Shown: one piece after another, positions 50,673-60,856 of the stretch
How the letters are laid out: the number at the start of each line of letters is the position of its first letter
Numbering within the stretch: the first letter of the stretch is position 1
Assembly (NCBI GenBank): GCA_037445735.1
Contig: JBBIJY010000014.1
Span: forward strand, 20,297 to 84,296
Direction of reading: 5' to 3'
DNA length: 64,000 bases
DNA from: Armatimonadota bacterium
GTDB lineage: Bacteria > Armatimonadota > Fimbriimonadia > Fimbriimonadales > GBS-DC
Program-made: the position numbers and the translations under genes
The notes under the pieces: model-generated
Told to the model about the DNA's origin: nothing
What the model saw: the letters and a program-made list of their open reading frames with translations, nothing else
Database searches by the model: none

Positions 50673-52463
50673 CTACTTCGTGCTGGCGAGCCACGCGCGC
50701 TCATGCTCGATCACATAGCGGGCGATCTGGCGGCGCAGCGCCATCGTGTTCACCTCGCTGGTGCGGCGCATGTAGCGCCTGAGCGCGGCGAGCAGAATCT
50801 GCAGCAGGTCGCCCTCTGCGAAGGCGTGCAGGGCGCGCCGCGCATGCGATTCAATCGCATCGAACGCTTCGTAGGCGAACACGCGCGTCATCGCCAGCGG
50901 CAGGGTGATGTCCAGTCCCTTCTGCTGGAGCTTGCGCGTGCGCAGCCACGCGCTCTCCATCGCATAGAGCTGGATCAGGCAGTCAGCCAGGTGCCCCACA
51001 ATCTCCTGGCGCTCCTCCAGCTCGGTGCCGACCTGCTCCACCGCCATCCCGGCTGTCATGAGGAACGCCTTTTTGGCGCTGGTGATATATTTGCCAATCG
51101 CCTCCAGCGGGTCGACGGGATCGGGCGTGGGCATCTGCGGCTGGTTGAGTTCAGCGCGAATGGCTTGTGCCGCCTCCATCAAGCCGGGCAGTTTGCCCTT
51201 GAGCGCACGGCGCATCAGCTGATCCAGCATCAGCAGGCGATTGATCTCGTTCGTGCCCTCGAAGATGCGGTTGATCCGGCTATCGCGATAGATCTGCGCG
51301 GCAGGGAACTCTTCGGTGTAGCCGAACCCGCCGTGAATCTGCACGGTCTCATCCGCCACATAGTCCAGCACTTCGGAGCCGAACACCTTCAGGATGGCGC
51401 ATTCGACGGGGTACTCCTCGTCGGCTTCGCGATACCGGGCATTCGCGTCGGGCGCGAGCGGGTCGATGCCGTGAAACGCCTCGTCCAGCATGCCGGCGGT
51501 GCGGTAGACCGCGCTTTCCAGCGCGTAGATTTGAATCGCCATCTCTGCCAGCTTGTGCTGGATGAGTCCGAAGCTGGCGATGGGCTGTCCGAACTGCTGG
51601 CGCTCTTTGGCGTAGCGGGTGGCGATGGTGAGCGCCTCTTTCGCGCCGCCCAGCGCGGCGGCGGCGAGCTTGAACCGCCCGATGTTCAGCACGCCGAACG
51701 CCACATGGTGCCCCTTGCCAATCTCGTGCAGCACATTTTCGACGGGCACCTGCGCGTTCTCTAAAATCACGCGGCGCGTGCTGGAGCCTTTGATGCCCAT
51801 CTTATGCTCCTCACGCCCGACCGACACGCCGGGGAAGTTGCGCTCCACGATGAAAGCGGTGAACTTGTCGCCGTCCACTTTGGCGAACACGATGAAGAGG
51901 TCCGCCCAGCCCGCGTTGGTCGTCCACATCTTTTCGCCGTTGAGCAGATAATATTTGCCGTCGGGTGAGAGGGTGGCGCGGGTGCGGGCGGAGAGCGGGT
52001 CGGAGCCGCAGTTCGCCTCGCTCAGCGAGAAGGCGGCAATCAGCTCGCCCGTGGCTAACTTCGGCAGGTATTTCTGCTTCTGTTCAGGCGTGCCGAAAAA
52101 GAGGATTGGCAGGGTGCCGATGCCCACATGGGCGCCCCACGAGACGGCGAACGAGGCTTGCAGGCTCATCTTTTCGGCGATCAGCGTGCTGGTGGTTTTG
52201 GGCAGTCCCAGCCCGCCGAACGCTTCAGGCAGGTCGGCGCCCAGCAGCCCCAGCTCGCCCGCCTTTTTGAGCAGGCTGACGGTCAGCCCTTCCTGCTGAT
52301 GTTCGATCTCGGCGTTGCGGGGTTGCACCTCGCCGCGCACGAACTGCTCGGCAGCCTGCGCCAGCAGGGTGTCTTCCGAGCTGAAATCTTCAGGCACAAA
52401 CACCTGCGCGGGTTCCACCTCGCGCAGTAAAAACTCGCCACCACGCAAAGCGATAGTTCTCAT
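50673..52463 (-). CDS. Acyl-CoA dehydrogenase (long FadE-type)
   Basis: FSLSEANCGSD, LNGEKMWTTN, KMGIKGSST, RQQFG, QIHGGFG, RINRIFEGTNEI. Confidence 0.92.
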   Translation of the reverse strand: MRTIALRGGEFLLREVEPAQVFVPEDFSSEDTLLAQAAEQFVRGEVQPRNAEIEHQQEGLTVSLLKKAGELGLLGADLPEAFGGLGLPKTTSTLIAEKMSLQASFAVSWGAHVGIGTLPILFFGTPEQKQKYLPKLATGELIAAFSLSEANCGSDPLSARTRATLSPDGKYYLLNGEKMWTTNAGWADLFIVFAKVDGDKFTAFIVERNFPGVSVGREEHKMGIKGSSTRRVILENAQVPVENVLHEIGKGHHVAFGVLNIGRFKLAAAALGGAKEALTIATRYAKERQQFGQPIASFGLIQHKLAEMAIQIYALESAVYRTAGMLDEAFHGIDPLAPDANARYREADEEYPVECAILKVFGSEVLDYVADETVQIHGGFGYTEEFPAAQIYRDSRINRIFEGTNEINRLLMLDQLMRRALKGKLPGLMEAAQAIRAELNQPQMPTPDPVDPLEAIGKYITSAKKAFLMTAGMAVEQVGTELEERQEIVGHLADCLIQLYAMESAWLRTRKLQQKGLDITLPLAMTRVFAYEAFDAIESHARRALHAFAEGDLLQILLAALRRYMRRTSEVNTMALRRQIARYVIEHERAWLASTK

Positions 52464-52852
52464 CGGTCACCTCCATCGGTCTGTGCTACCGATAGTATAC
52501 CTCGATTTTTGACTGGCTGTTCGATTGCTCCCTTGCCTCATCGGGAGCGGGAGTGTAGATAAGCTCACCCGCTTGCAGCTTCCTGTGCATGTGCATGCCT
52601 GTGAACCTGTCGAAGGAAATAAGGGCAGGGTATAATCGCAGCGGAGGGCGTCTAAGAGGGTGTGGGCAGCAGTGCCCCGGAATGGACGGTTTCAACGGGT
52701 GCGTTTCGGGATGGTTGAAGCCTCGCGTCAGCCATCCGGAATTCAGCTGGTGGGGGTGTCCGCTTTCGCGACGCGGCGAGGCTGGAGCCGGGCGCCGAGT
52801 CTTGCCCTGCCAGGTTCCCGCCAGATTCAATCCACATCAACAGGAGGTTGAA

Positions 52853-55528
52853 ATGATGAAGCGGGTCTATCTCTTTGAGGAAGGACGCGCCGACATGCGC
52901 GACCTGTTAGGCGGGAAGGGCGCCAATCTGGCGGAAATGACCAACATCGGGCTGCCCGTGCCGCCGGGATTCACTATCACAACCGATGTGTGTCGCGACT
53001 ATATGCGCCGTGGGCGACTGCCCGATGACCTGATGGACGAGGTGCGCGAGAAGCTCGCTGTGGTCGAGCAGCGGGTCGGCAAGCGGTTCGGCGACCCCGA
53101 CAACCCGCTGCTGGTCTCCGTGCGCTCCGGCGCCAAGTTCTCCATGCCCGGCATGATGGACACCATCCTCAATCTCGGGCTGAACGACCGCACCGCGCAG
53201 GGCATGATTCGCCTCACCCGAAACCCGCGCTTCGTCTATGATGCCTACCGCCGATTCATCATGATGTTCAGCGATGTGGTGATGGACATCCCTAAAAAGC
53301 TGTTCGAGGAGCGATTTTCGGAGCTGAAAGCGCGGCTGAGCGTGACGCAGGATACCGAAGTGCCCGCCGATGCGCTCAAGGAGCTGGTGGAAGTGTTCAA
53401 ACAGATTGTACGCGAGCATGGCAAAGCGTTCCCGCAGGACCCCTTTGTTCAGCTGGAGATGGCGATTGAGGCGGTGTTCCGCTCGTGGAACAATGAGCGG
53501 GCAATTGTGTATCGCGAGCGGGAGAAGATTCCGCACGATCTGGGCACGGCGTGCAATGTGCAGGCGATGGTGTTCGGTAATATGGGCGACGATTCAGGCA
53601 CCGGTGTGGCATTCACGCGCAACCCTGCTACTGGTGAGAAGGTGCTTTACGGCGAGTTCCTGCCGAACGCGCAGGGCGAGGATGTGGTGGCGGGCGTCCG
53701 CACGCCGCTGCCGCTGGATGCCCTGCGCGAGCGGATGCCCGAACTGTATCAGCAGTTTCTGGAGATTGCCGACCGACTGGAGCGCCACTATCGCGATATG
53801 ATGGATCTGGAGTTCACCATCGAGCGGGGCACGCTCTGGATGCTCCAGTGTCGGGTGGGCAAGCGCACGGGTCGCGCGGCGGTCAAGATTGCCGTCGATA
53901 TGGTGCATGAGGGTCTGATCGGGCGCGATGAGGCGGTGCTGCGTGTCTCGCCCGCGCATTTAGACCAGGTGCTGCATCCGCATCTGGACGAGCAGGCGCT
54001 GGCGACGGGCGAATACCCGCTGATTGCGCAGGGGCTGGGTGCCTCGCCTGGCGCCGCGAGCGGACGCGCCGTGTTCGACTCCCGCCGCGCGATGGAACTG
54101 GGCAAAACCCAGCCCGTGATTCTGGTGCGCCCCGAAACGAACCCCGACGATGTGGGCGGCATGCTGGCATCCAAAGGGATTCTCACCGCGCGAGGGGGAA
54201 TGACCTCGCATGCTGCCGTCGTCGCGCGCGGGTTCGGCATCCCCTGCGTCGTCGGCTGTGAAGCCATCAGTGTGGATGAGGAGAACGCCCTCTTCCGCGT
54301 GGAGGTCGGTGGCGAGACGCTGACTGTGCGCGAGGGCGATTATATCAGTATCGATGGCACGACGGGGCGCGTCTATCTCGGCAGTGTGCCCACGCAGGCG
54401 CCCGAGATCGGCGCCGAGATGGCGACCCTGCTGCAATGGGCGGACCAGTTCCGACGCCTGCGCGTGCGAGCGAACGCCGACACGCCGCAGGACGCCGCGA
54501 AAGCGCTCGAATTCGGCGCAGAGGGTATCGGGCTGGCTCGCACCGAGCATATGTTCTTCGGTGAGGAACGCCTGCCGATTGTGCAGGAGATGATTCTCGC
54601 GAAGACGGCGAAGGAGCGGCGCGAGGCGCTCTCCCGCCTGCTGCCCTTCCAGCGGGCGGACTTCCTCGGCATTTTCGAGGTGATGCGCGGGCTGCCCGTC
54701 ACCATTCGGCTCATCGATCCGCCCCTGCACGAGTTCCTGCCCCGCCATGACGACCTTCTGCGGGAAGTGGTCCAGCTGGAGCTGACCGCGCCCGATTCGC
54801 CAGAGCTGGTCGAGAAGCGGCGCCTGCTCCAGCGCGTGGAGGAGCTGATGGAGGCGAACCCGATGCTGGGTCTGCGCGGCGTGCGGCTGTCCATCCTCTA
54901 CCCCGAAATCGTGGAGATGCAGGTCACCGCCATCATGGAGGCGGCGGCCGAAGCGCAGCGCCGCGGCTATGACCCCCATGTGGAGATTATGATCCCGCTG
55001 GTGGGACATGTGAACGAGCTGAAGGTGGTGCGCGACAATCTGGAGCGCGTCGCCAAAGAGGTGATGGCGCACGAGGGCGTGCAGCTCGACTACAAGTTCG
55101 GCACGATGATCGAAATCCCGCGTGCCGCGCTCACCGCCGACGAAATCGCCCAGCACACCCAGTTCTTCTCCTTCGGCACGAACGACCTGACGCAGACGGT
55201 GTTCGGCTTCAGTCGCGACGATGCCGAAGGCAAGTTCCTCGCCTATTATGTGGAGCAGAAAATCTTGCCGGAGAACCCGTTCGTGACGCTGGATCGCGAG
55301 GGTGTGGGCAAGCTTATCGAGATGGCGGTGCGGGCGGGGCGGGCGGTTCGGCGCGAGCTCAAAATCGGCATCTGTGGCGAGCATGGGGGCGACCCTGCCT
55401 CCATCGAGTTCTTCCATGAGCTGGGGCTGGACTATGTGAGCTGTTCGCCCTATCGCGTGCCGATTGCCCGCTTAGCCGCCGCTCAGGCGACCCTGCGCCG
55501 CCGCGTCGCCGTCACGGTGGATAAATAA
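52853..55528 (+). CDS. ppdK: Pyruvate, phosphate dikinase
   Basis: LGGKGANL, SVRSGA..SMPGMMDT, GGMTSHAAVVAR, SFGTNDL, GICGEHGG. Confidence 0.97.
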   Translation: MMKRVYLFEEGRADMRDLLGGKGANLAEMTNIGLPVPPGFTITTDVCRDYMRRGRLPDDLMDEVREKLAVVEQRVGKRFGDPDNPLLVSVRSGAKFSMPGMMDTILNLGLNDRTAQGMIRLTRNPRFVYDAYRRFIMMFSDVVMDIPKKLFEERFSELKARLSVTQDTEVPADALKELVEVFKQIVREHGKAFPQDPFVQLEMAIEAVFRSWNNERAIVYREREKIPHDLGTACNVQAMVFGNMGDDSGTGVAFTRNPATGEKVLYGEFLPNAQGEDVVAGVRTPLPLDALRERMPELYQQFLEIADRLERHYRDMMDLEFTIERGTLWMLQCRVGKRTGRAAVKIAVDMVHEGLIGRDEAVLRVSPAHLDQVLHPHLDEQALATGEYPLIAQGLGASPGAASGRAVFDSRRAMELGKTQPVILVRPETNPDDVGGMLASKGILTARGGMTSHAAVVARGFGIPCVVGCEAISVDEENALFRVEVGGETLTVREGDYISIDGTTGRVYLGSVPTQAPEIGAEMATLLQWADQFRRLRVRANADTPQDAAKALEFGAEGIGLARTEHMFFGEERLPIVQEMILAKTAKERREALSRLLPFQRADFLGIFEVMRGLPVTIRLIDPPLHEFLPRHDDLLREVVQLELTAPDSPELVEKRRLLQRVEELMEANPMLGLRGVRLSILYPEIVEMQVTAIMEAAAEAQRRGYDPHVEIMIPLVGHVNELKVVRDNLERVAKEVMAHEGVQLDYKFGTMIEIPRAALTADEIAQHTQFFSFGTNDLTQTVFGFSRDDAEGKFLAYYVEQKILPENPFVTLDREGVGKLIEMAVRAGRAVRRELKIGICGEHGGDPASIEFFHELGLDYVSCSPYRVPIARLAAAQATLRRRVAVTVDK

Positions 55529-55670
55529 GCTTCAGGGCGTGTATGGCTGCGGTCTCAGGCGCACTGCTGGATGACGACCGCTTCCATACACGCCTCCCAC
55601 CAAGAGGTAATTTGGCAATTCCTGCCCACCCCATTTTCGCAAAGCCCATTCTGCCAGTTGGGAAACCACT

Positions 55671-55712
55671 GCATCTCCCTCCTGCAGGTTCCCCCACTGC
55701 GTGAGGGGAACC
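55671..55712. repeat. Second palindromic repeat family (partial copy)
   Basis: ccctcctgcaggttcccccactgcgtgaggggaacc, nearly identical to 63485-63527. Confidence 0.7.
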
Positions 55713-55724
55713 CATGCTATAATG

Positions 55725-56786
55725 ATGGCGGTGCAGCGACTGTTCGGGAGTGAAGTGCCAGCGGAGGGCATCGGCATTCAGGTGCAGGGCGGCGTGATCA
55801 GCCGTTTCGGGCTGGAGGAGGAACTGTTCATCACGGAGCCGACGCGCCCCCACCTGAGTTCGCTCTACTACATGTCGCGCCTGCTGCTGCGCAATCCGCG
55901 CCACTACTATCGCTATTCCGCGACCAACTTCTCGCGCGGCGCCGACGCGCGCGAGTGCCTGATGAGCACAATCGAGATCGCGACGACACCGCAGCCCACG
56001 CCCGATGCGCTGCTGCGCGAGCTGCTCCTGCGTCGGCGTGAACTGACCGAGGCGGTCCGTGAAGCCTATATTGTGCCCGTGGGACATCTTTTCGACCTCG
56101 AATCGCCCACCAACACGGGCGGGCTGCACCTGCATCTGACCGTGCCCGACGAGGCGCGTGCGCGCGTCTATGCGAATATCGCCTACTTCCTGCCCCTGCT
56201 GATTCTGCTCTCGGCGAGCAGTCCCTACGCGGGCGGGCGATATTTTGGACCCTCCTATCGCGTGGCGCGCTCCTTCGCGATTGGCGCCCTGCGCGACGAC
56301 CCAACCTACCGCTTTCAGGATTTAATCTTCGCGCGGCGACTGGGCACAATCGAGATTCGCGCCTTAGACCCCATCTGGGATTGGGAGCGGTTGCGCTGGC
56401 TGCTGCTATGCGTGCAGGCGATTGCGAATATTCCGCACACCTATCCGCTGGATCGCGAGCGTTATGCGGCGTTGCGCGAGCAGGCGGCGTGCGAGGGCTA
56501 CACGCCTGCCCTGCAACGGCTCTATCGCGAGCTGCGTGCGTGGGTTGACCTGCCCGAAAGCCTTCTCATCCGCACAGCGTCAGACGAGATTGCGGAATGG
56601 TTGGCGCGCGAGGGCATCGAGGCGACCTGCGCCGCGCTGGATCACGCCTATCGGTATGGCGAGTTGCGGCGGGTGCCGCTGCGCACGCTCAAGCCCTCGC
56701 TCTGGCGCGGCATCGCGGGCTTCACCAGCTACTATCTGTTGCGCCTGCCGTATATCGCCTACAAAGCCTGGCGCGAATGGCATTAG
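55725..56786 (+). CDS. Glutamate-cysteine ligase family 2 (carboxylate-amine ligase)-like protein; start uncertain
   Basis: FGLEEELFI, TIEIAT, GGLHLHL, LSASSP, GTIEIRALD. Confidence 0.7.
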   Translation: MAVQRLFGSEVPAEGIGIQVQGGVISRFGLEEELFITEPTRPHLSSLYYMSRLLLRNPRHYYRYSATNFSRGADARECLMSTIEIATTPQPTPDALLRELLLRRRELTEAVREAYIVPVGHLFDLESPTNTGGLHLHLTVPDEARARVYANIAYFLPLLILLSASSPYAGGRYFGPSYRVARSFAIGALRDDPTYRFQDLIFARRLGTIEIRALDPIWDWERLRWLLLCVQAIANIPHTYPLDRERYAALREQAACEGYTPALQRLYRELRAWVDLPESLLIRTASDEIAEWLAREGIEATCAALDHAYRYGELRRVPLRTLKPSLWRGIAGFTSYYLLRLPYIAYKAWREWH

Positions 56787-59700
56787 CCCACCACCTGCAG
56801 CACCGATTCAACCGTTTCGCGGAAGCGCGCCTCCAGCTCGTCAGCCGGGTCGTAATCGAGGCTGCGGGCGAGAATCGTCAGTCGCTCGCCTGCGGGCAGG
56901 AGGTCGGGTTGCGCCTCAAACAGCAGGGCGACACGGTTACGCAGCTGATAGAAAAAGAGCCACGCGCTTTGAAGCACCTCATGGTCGGCACGGTGGAGGG
57001 CACCCACCTGCAGCAGCCAGTTCAGCATCAGGAGTGTGTTTTCGTGCATGTCGTCCGTCGCGCCCGATTGCGAGCGCGTCTCCAGCACGCGCTGTTGCAC
57101 CCAGAACTCGATGGCGGTCAGTGTGCCGCGTCCGAGTTTCAGGTGTCGCTCGCGCTGTTCAGGCGGCACGCGCTCGGTCAGCGCACGCTCAACAAGGTGC
57201 TGGATTGCTGCACGCTCCTCTGCTGAAAGCGGTTTGCCGAATCGGAAGGTATTCAGGGCGTTCAGGAACGGCTCGGTGAGGGGCGATTCGGGGTTCAGCG
57301 GGCGGATGCGCAGCGCGGCGAGTCGTTCCCACGGCTCGGCATGACGCTCGAAGTAGTCGCGCCAGCCCTGCAGGGTGCGCACAAGCGCGCCCGCGCCGCC
57401 TTCAGGGCGCAGGCGTGCATCCACCGGGCGGAACGCCCCCGCTTCCATCAGCCGCTGGCAGAGCTGCAGACAGCGTGTGGCGATCGCCGTCGCCATCGGC
57501 AGGCTCGCCTCATCCGGGCAGACGAAGCCGATGTCCCAGTCGCTGGCATAGCTGAGCTCGCTCGCGCCCAGACTGCCGAAACCAATCAGCAGGCACGCCT
57601 TCGCGACCGCCTGCGCGTGTGCCTGCCCCTCGAATTGCTCCTCGTCGATCTGGCGAGCCGCTTCCGCCCATGTGGTTCGCAGCAGCGTGTCGGCGAGCGC
57701 GGTCAGGTCGGCGGCGGTGTCGGTCGGCTCCGTTTCGCCCCACAGGTCGCGCGCGCCGATGCGCAGCCACTCGCGGCGGGCATAGGCAGCGATGTTCGCC
57801 ATGCGGGCGCGCGCCGTGCGGCAACTGATCAGCCGCTGCTGGAGCGATTCGCGGTGCGCTGCGTGCGACTTGGCGCCATAGGCGAGAATCTCCTCGCCAA
57901 ATAGCATATCGAGCAGTTCCAGATGCGCCATCAGGTGGTTCCACAGCACGGGCGACTGCGCGAGCTGGGCGAGGCGGTTCAGCACTTCGGGGCTGTCGGC
58001 GAAGGTGGTGTAGAGCATGGCACGGTTCGGCATCGCGTCGGCTAACCGCTCCAGCGCGGTGAGCGCGAGGTCCGGGTCGGGTGTGCGCGCACATGCCAGC
58101 AACAGTTCGGGCAGGATACGCTCGAAGGCGCGGCGTGTGGCGGGATCGGGCAACCCGTGCTGGGTGCCGACGGTCGGCACGAGCAGGCGGGCATACGCCT
58201 GATCCGGCTGGCGGAAGCCCAGCGCCTCCAGCGTTGCCTGCCAGCGCGATTGACCCTCCGGCGTGCCCAGCAGCTCGACCTCACCCTCTGGCAGCGGTTG
58301 AGAAGCAGCGGAGATAGTTGCCACCTCTTCCCAGAATGCGCGAGCGACGGCTCGATGCGCCTGCAACGCCTGCTCGAACGCCTCAGGATGCTCAAAACCC
58401 ATCGAGCGGGCGAAGCGGGCGCGGGCATCTGTGCCCGGCGCGGGCAGTGTATGCGTCTGATGACCGTAGATGAGCTGGAGCCGATGCTCCACCGTGCGCA
58501 GGAAGCAGTAGGCATCATGCAGCGCGCGCTCCTGCTCGGCGGTTATCAGGCGCGCCTGGCGCAGGCGACGCAGCGCATTGAGCGTGTTCGGCGTGCGCAC
58601 CTGCGAGAGCTGACCCCCGTACAGCAGTTGCAGTCCCTGCACGCCGAACTCGATATCGCGGATGCCGCCCCAGCCGTTCTTGATGTCGGTCTCCCACTCG
58701 TTGCGGGCGCGGGATTGCGCTTCCGAGCGTCGCTTCTGATCCAGAATCGCCTCCCATTCTTCCGCGCTGGTGCGGCGTCGATAGATGAAGGGCGTGAGGC
58801 TCTGCAGGAGCGCCTGCCCGACCTGCGGGTCGCCCGCGGCGACCCGCGCCTTGAGCAGCGCCTGACGCTCCCACGCCTCCGCCCAGTTCTCGTAGTAGTG
58901 CCGCGCGGCGCTGAGCGTGCGCACAATCGGACCGAACCGCCCCTCCGGGCGCAGGCGCAGGTCAACGCGGAACACGATTCCGCGCCTCATCGGGCGCGAG
59001 AGCGCATCCACCACGCGCTCGCACAGCCGCGTGAGCGCGGGCAATCGGTCGGGCGTGCCCGCCTCATCGCTGGCGATAAAGATGAGATCGATGTCGGAGC
59101 TGTAGTTCAGCTCGCGCCCGCCCCATTTGCCCAGTGCAATCACCGCGAGCGGGATATTCACCCCCTCACCCGTACCCTCTCCCCCTTTGGGGGAGAGGGG
59201 TTTTTGTTCGCCCTCTCCCCAGAGGGGAGAGGGTCGGGGTGAGGGGAACATCTCAAGCAGGCAAATCTCCAGCGCCGCCTGCACGCAGGCGTCCGCCAGG
59301 TCAGACAGCGCGCTCGTTACCTCAGGCAGTGTGCAGTGTCCCAGCAGATCCAGCGCGGTGATGCGCACATACTCCATCTGGCGAAAGTGGCGCAGGCGAT
59401 CCAGGCGCATCAGGTGTGAAGTGCAGGGCGTCAGCAGCCGCTTCAAATCGCGATAGAGGTCCGCGCGCCGACGCCGACGCAACAGCAGCGCAGGGTCTAA
59501 CAGCAGCTCCATCAGTTCGGGGTTCTGCAGGAGCGTGTCCGCCATATAGGGCGAGAGCGCAAGCATACGGAGCGGCGCCTGAAGCACAGCGGGCGATTCG
59601 GCAAACAGGCGATAGTAGGTCAGCGGGTTGCCCATCACCTCCAGCCAGCGATCCAGATACGCCAGCAGGCGATTGGGATCGGGCGCCTCGCGCAACGCCT

Positions 59701-59800
59701 GCTCCAGCACAGGCGCGAAACGATCGAACAGCTCCGCCTGCTGCCCTGCACCACGCAATCGCTCCCAGAGTTTGGGTTGATTAGTACCAGTTGGGTTCAT
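56783..59800 (-). CDS. glnE: Glutamine synthetase adenylyltransferase/deadenylyltransferase
   Basis: GKWGGRELNYSSDIDL, VDLRLRPEG, WERQALLK, GGIRDIEF; second domain ELSYASDWD, DARLRPEG. Confidence 0.92.
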   Translation of the reverse strand: MNPTGTNQPKLWERLRGAGQQAELFDRFAPVLEQALREAPDPNRLLAYLDRWLEVMGNPLTYYRLFAESPAVLQAPLRMLALSPYMADTLLQNPELMELLLDPALLLRRRRRADLYRDLKRLLTPCTSHLMRLDRLRHFRQMEYVRITALDLLGHCTLPEVTSALSDLADACVQAALEICLLEMFPSPRPSPLWGEGEQKPLSPKGGEGTGEGVNIPLAVIALGKWGGRELNYSSDIDLIFIASDEAGTPDRLPALTRLCERVVDALSRPMRRGIVFRVDLRLRPEGRFGPIVRTLSAARHYYENWAEAWERQALLKARVAAGDPQVGQALLQSLTPFIYRRRTSAEEWEAILDQKRRSEAQSRARNEWETDIKNGWGGIRDIEFGVQGLQLLYGGQLSQVRTPNTLNALRRLRQARLITAEQERALHDAYCFLRTVEHRLQLIYGHQTHTLPAPGTDARARFARSMGFEHPEAFEQALQAHRAVARAFWEEVATISAASQPLPEGEVELLGTPEGQSRWQATLEALGFRQPDQAYARLLVPTVGTQHGLPDPATRRAFERILPELLLACARTPDPDLALTALERLADAMPNRAMLYTTFADSPEVLNRLAQLAQSPVLWNHLMAHLELLDMLFGEEILAYGAKSHAAHRESLQQRLISCRTARARMANIAAYARREWLRIGARDLWGETEPTDTAADLTALADTLLRTTWAEAARQIDEEQFEGQAHAQAVAKACLLIGFGSLGASELSYASDWDIGFVCPDEASLPMATAIATRCLQLCQRLMEAGAFRPVDARLRPEGGAGALVRTLQGWRDYFERHAEPWERLAALRIRPLNPESPLTEPFLNALNTFRFGKPLSAEERAAIQHLVERALTERVPPEQRERHLKLGRGTLTAIEFWVQQRVLETRSQSGATDDMHENTLLMLNWLLQVGALHRADHEVLQSAWLFFYQLRNRVALLFEAQPDLLPAGERLTILARSLDYDPADELEARFRETVESVLQVVG
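59161..59246. repeat. REP-like inverted pair inside glnE
   Basis: cccctcacccgtaccctctccccctttgggggagagggg...ccctctccccagaggggagagggtcggggtgagggg. Confidence 0.85.
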
Positions 59801-59819
59801 ATAGTTGCTTAGTGTACTT

Positions 59820-60224
59820 CTAAATCGAATTCAAGAGTGTAAACCCAAAGTCTTCAAAGTCGATATCAACAGCCAGCGCATGTTGAATGTTCAGTTTGTT
59901 CATTATCACAAAACTTACATAGTCAACAAGGCTTACTCGTCGACGATTTGTTGCTCGCAGCAAACTCTCGCCCTGTAAATGCTCATCTCATGTGATCCAT
60001 TCTATGTTTATCACAGGCAATATGTTATCTATAAAATCATATGCTGGCTCTAATCCGTGTCGATTCTGTAAAACAGCAATCGTTTCCACAATCACATAGT
60101 TCGTTGTATACAGCAATGCGCCACTTGTTAACAGTCTGCTAAAAAGGGTGCTGGCTTGTACATGAAAGGAATCATCTGCATTAATGAGAGCCAGAAAAGC
60201 CGAAGTGTCTACAAAGACTTTCAT
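59820..60224 (-). pseudogene. vapC: VapC/PIN toxin interrupted by an in-frame TGA
   Basis: MKVFVDTSAF...TTNYVIVE...EWIT*DEH...SLVDYVSFVIM...AVDIDFEDFGF; TGA at 59988-59990, final TAG at 59820; low GC. Confidence 0.8.
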
Positions 60225-60451
60225 TGCTCCTCACTAAGGTACAGATCGTGATTTTCCGCAAGGTCGCGAATACCCAGGTGGTACTTTCCAACCACCGACA
60301 GTGCTTTCTGAACGCGCTGTTGATATTCGGCTGACTCGCGCTCCAGAAGGAGGCGAACCGCCTCTTCTATCAACCTCTCGACGCTGATGGCACGACTGTC
60401 GGCGATTCGCCGCAGTTCCTGTTCCAGTTCCCGACTCAACCTGATTGGCAT
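60221..60451 (-). CDS. Ribbon-helix-helix antitoxin (VapB/CopG-like)
   Basis: IRLSRELEQELRRIA...SVERLIEEAV...DLAENHDLYL; ATGA overlap with the PIN gene. Confidence 0.75.
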   Translation of the reverse strand: MPIRLSRELEQELRRIADSRAISVERLIEEAVRLLLERESAEYQQRVQKALSVVGKYHLGIRDLAENHDLYLSEEQ

Positions 60452-60481
60452 GGCAATTCCTCTCTATAGATGGTACCCGCG

Positions 60482-60856
60482 CTACCCTGTCACCATCCCT
60501 CTTGTCATCGAGCCGATGAGGGGGATTTCGTACCATTCGCCGTTATAGGCGTAGATGGCAGCTAACAGCGGGATAATCAGGCTCAACAGGGCGGGCACAA
60601 GGGCGCAAATCGTGCCAAGCCCGCAGGTGATAATCGCGACGATAATCACCGGCACCCACAGCAGCAGCAGCGCCAGCTGGAAGAAGAGCTGTTGCAGTGC
60701 GTGGAACGCCACGAAACGCGAGCGGTCGCGATAGACCAGATAGATGACCAGCGGCGCGAGATATTGCCCCAGTACCACCGCATAGCCGAGAAAGCCCGAC
60801 AGATGCGCCAGCATCGCCCAGAGGCGCTCATCCTGTGTCAAACCATCCTGTTCCAC
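60482..60856 (-). CDS. DUF4870-like membrane protein
   Basis: ERLWAMLAHLS...PLVIYL...SRFVAFHALQ...GEWYEIPLIG. Confidence 0.8.
   Translation of the reverse strand: MEQDGLTQDERLWAMLAHLSGFLGYAVVLGQYLAPLVIYLVYRDRSRFVAFHALQQLFFQLALLLLWVPVIIVAIITCGLGTICALVPALLSLIIPLLAAIYAYNGEWYEIPLIGSMTRGMVTG

Noticed and set aside
59988-59990. Selenocysteine recoding of the vapC TGA
   Set aside because: The position is not a Cys site in PIN domains and I saw no SECIS-like hairpin; a nonsense change is simpler.
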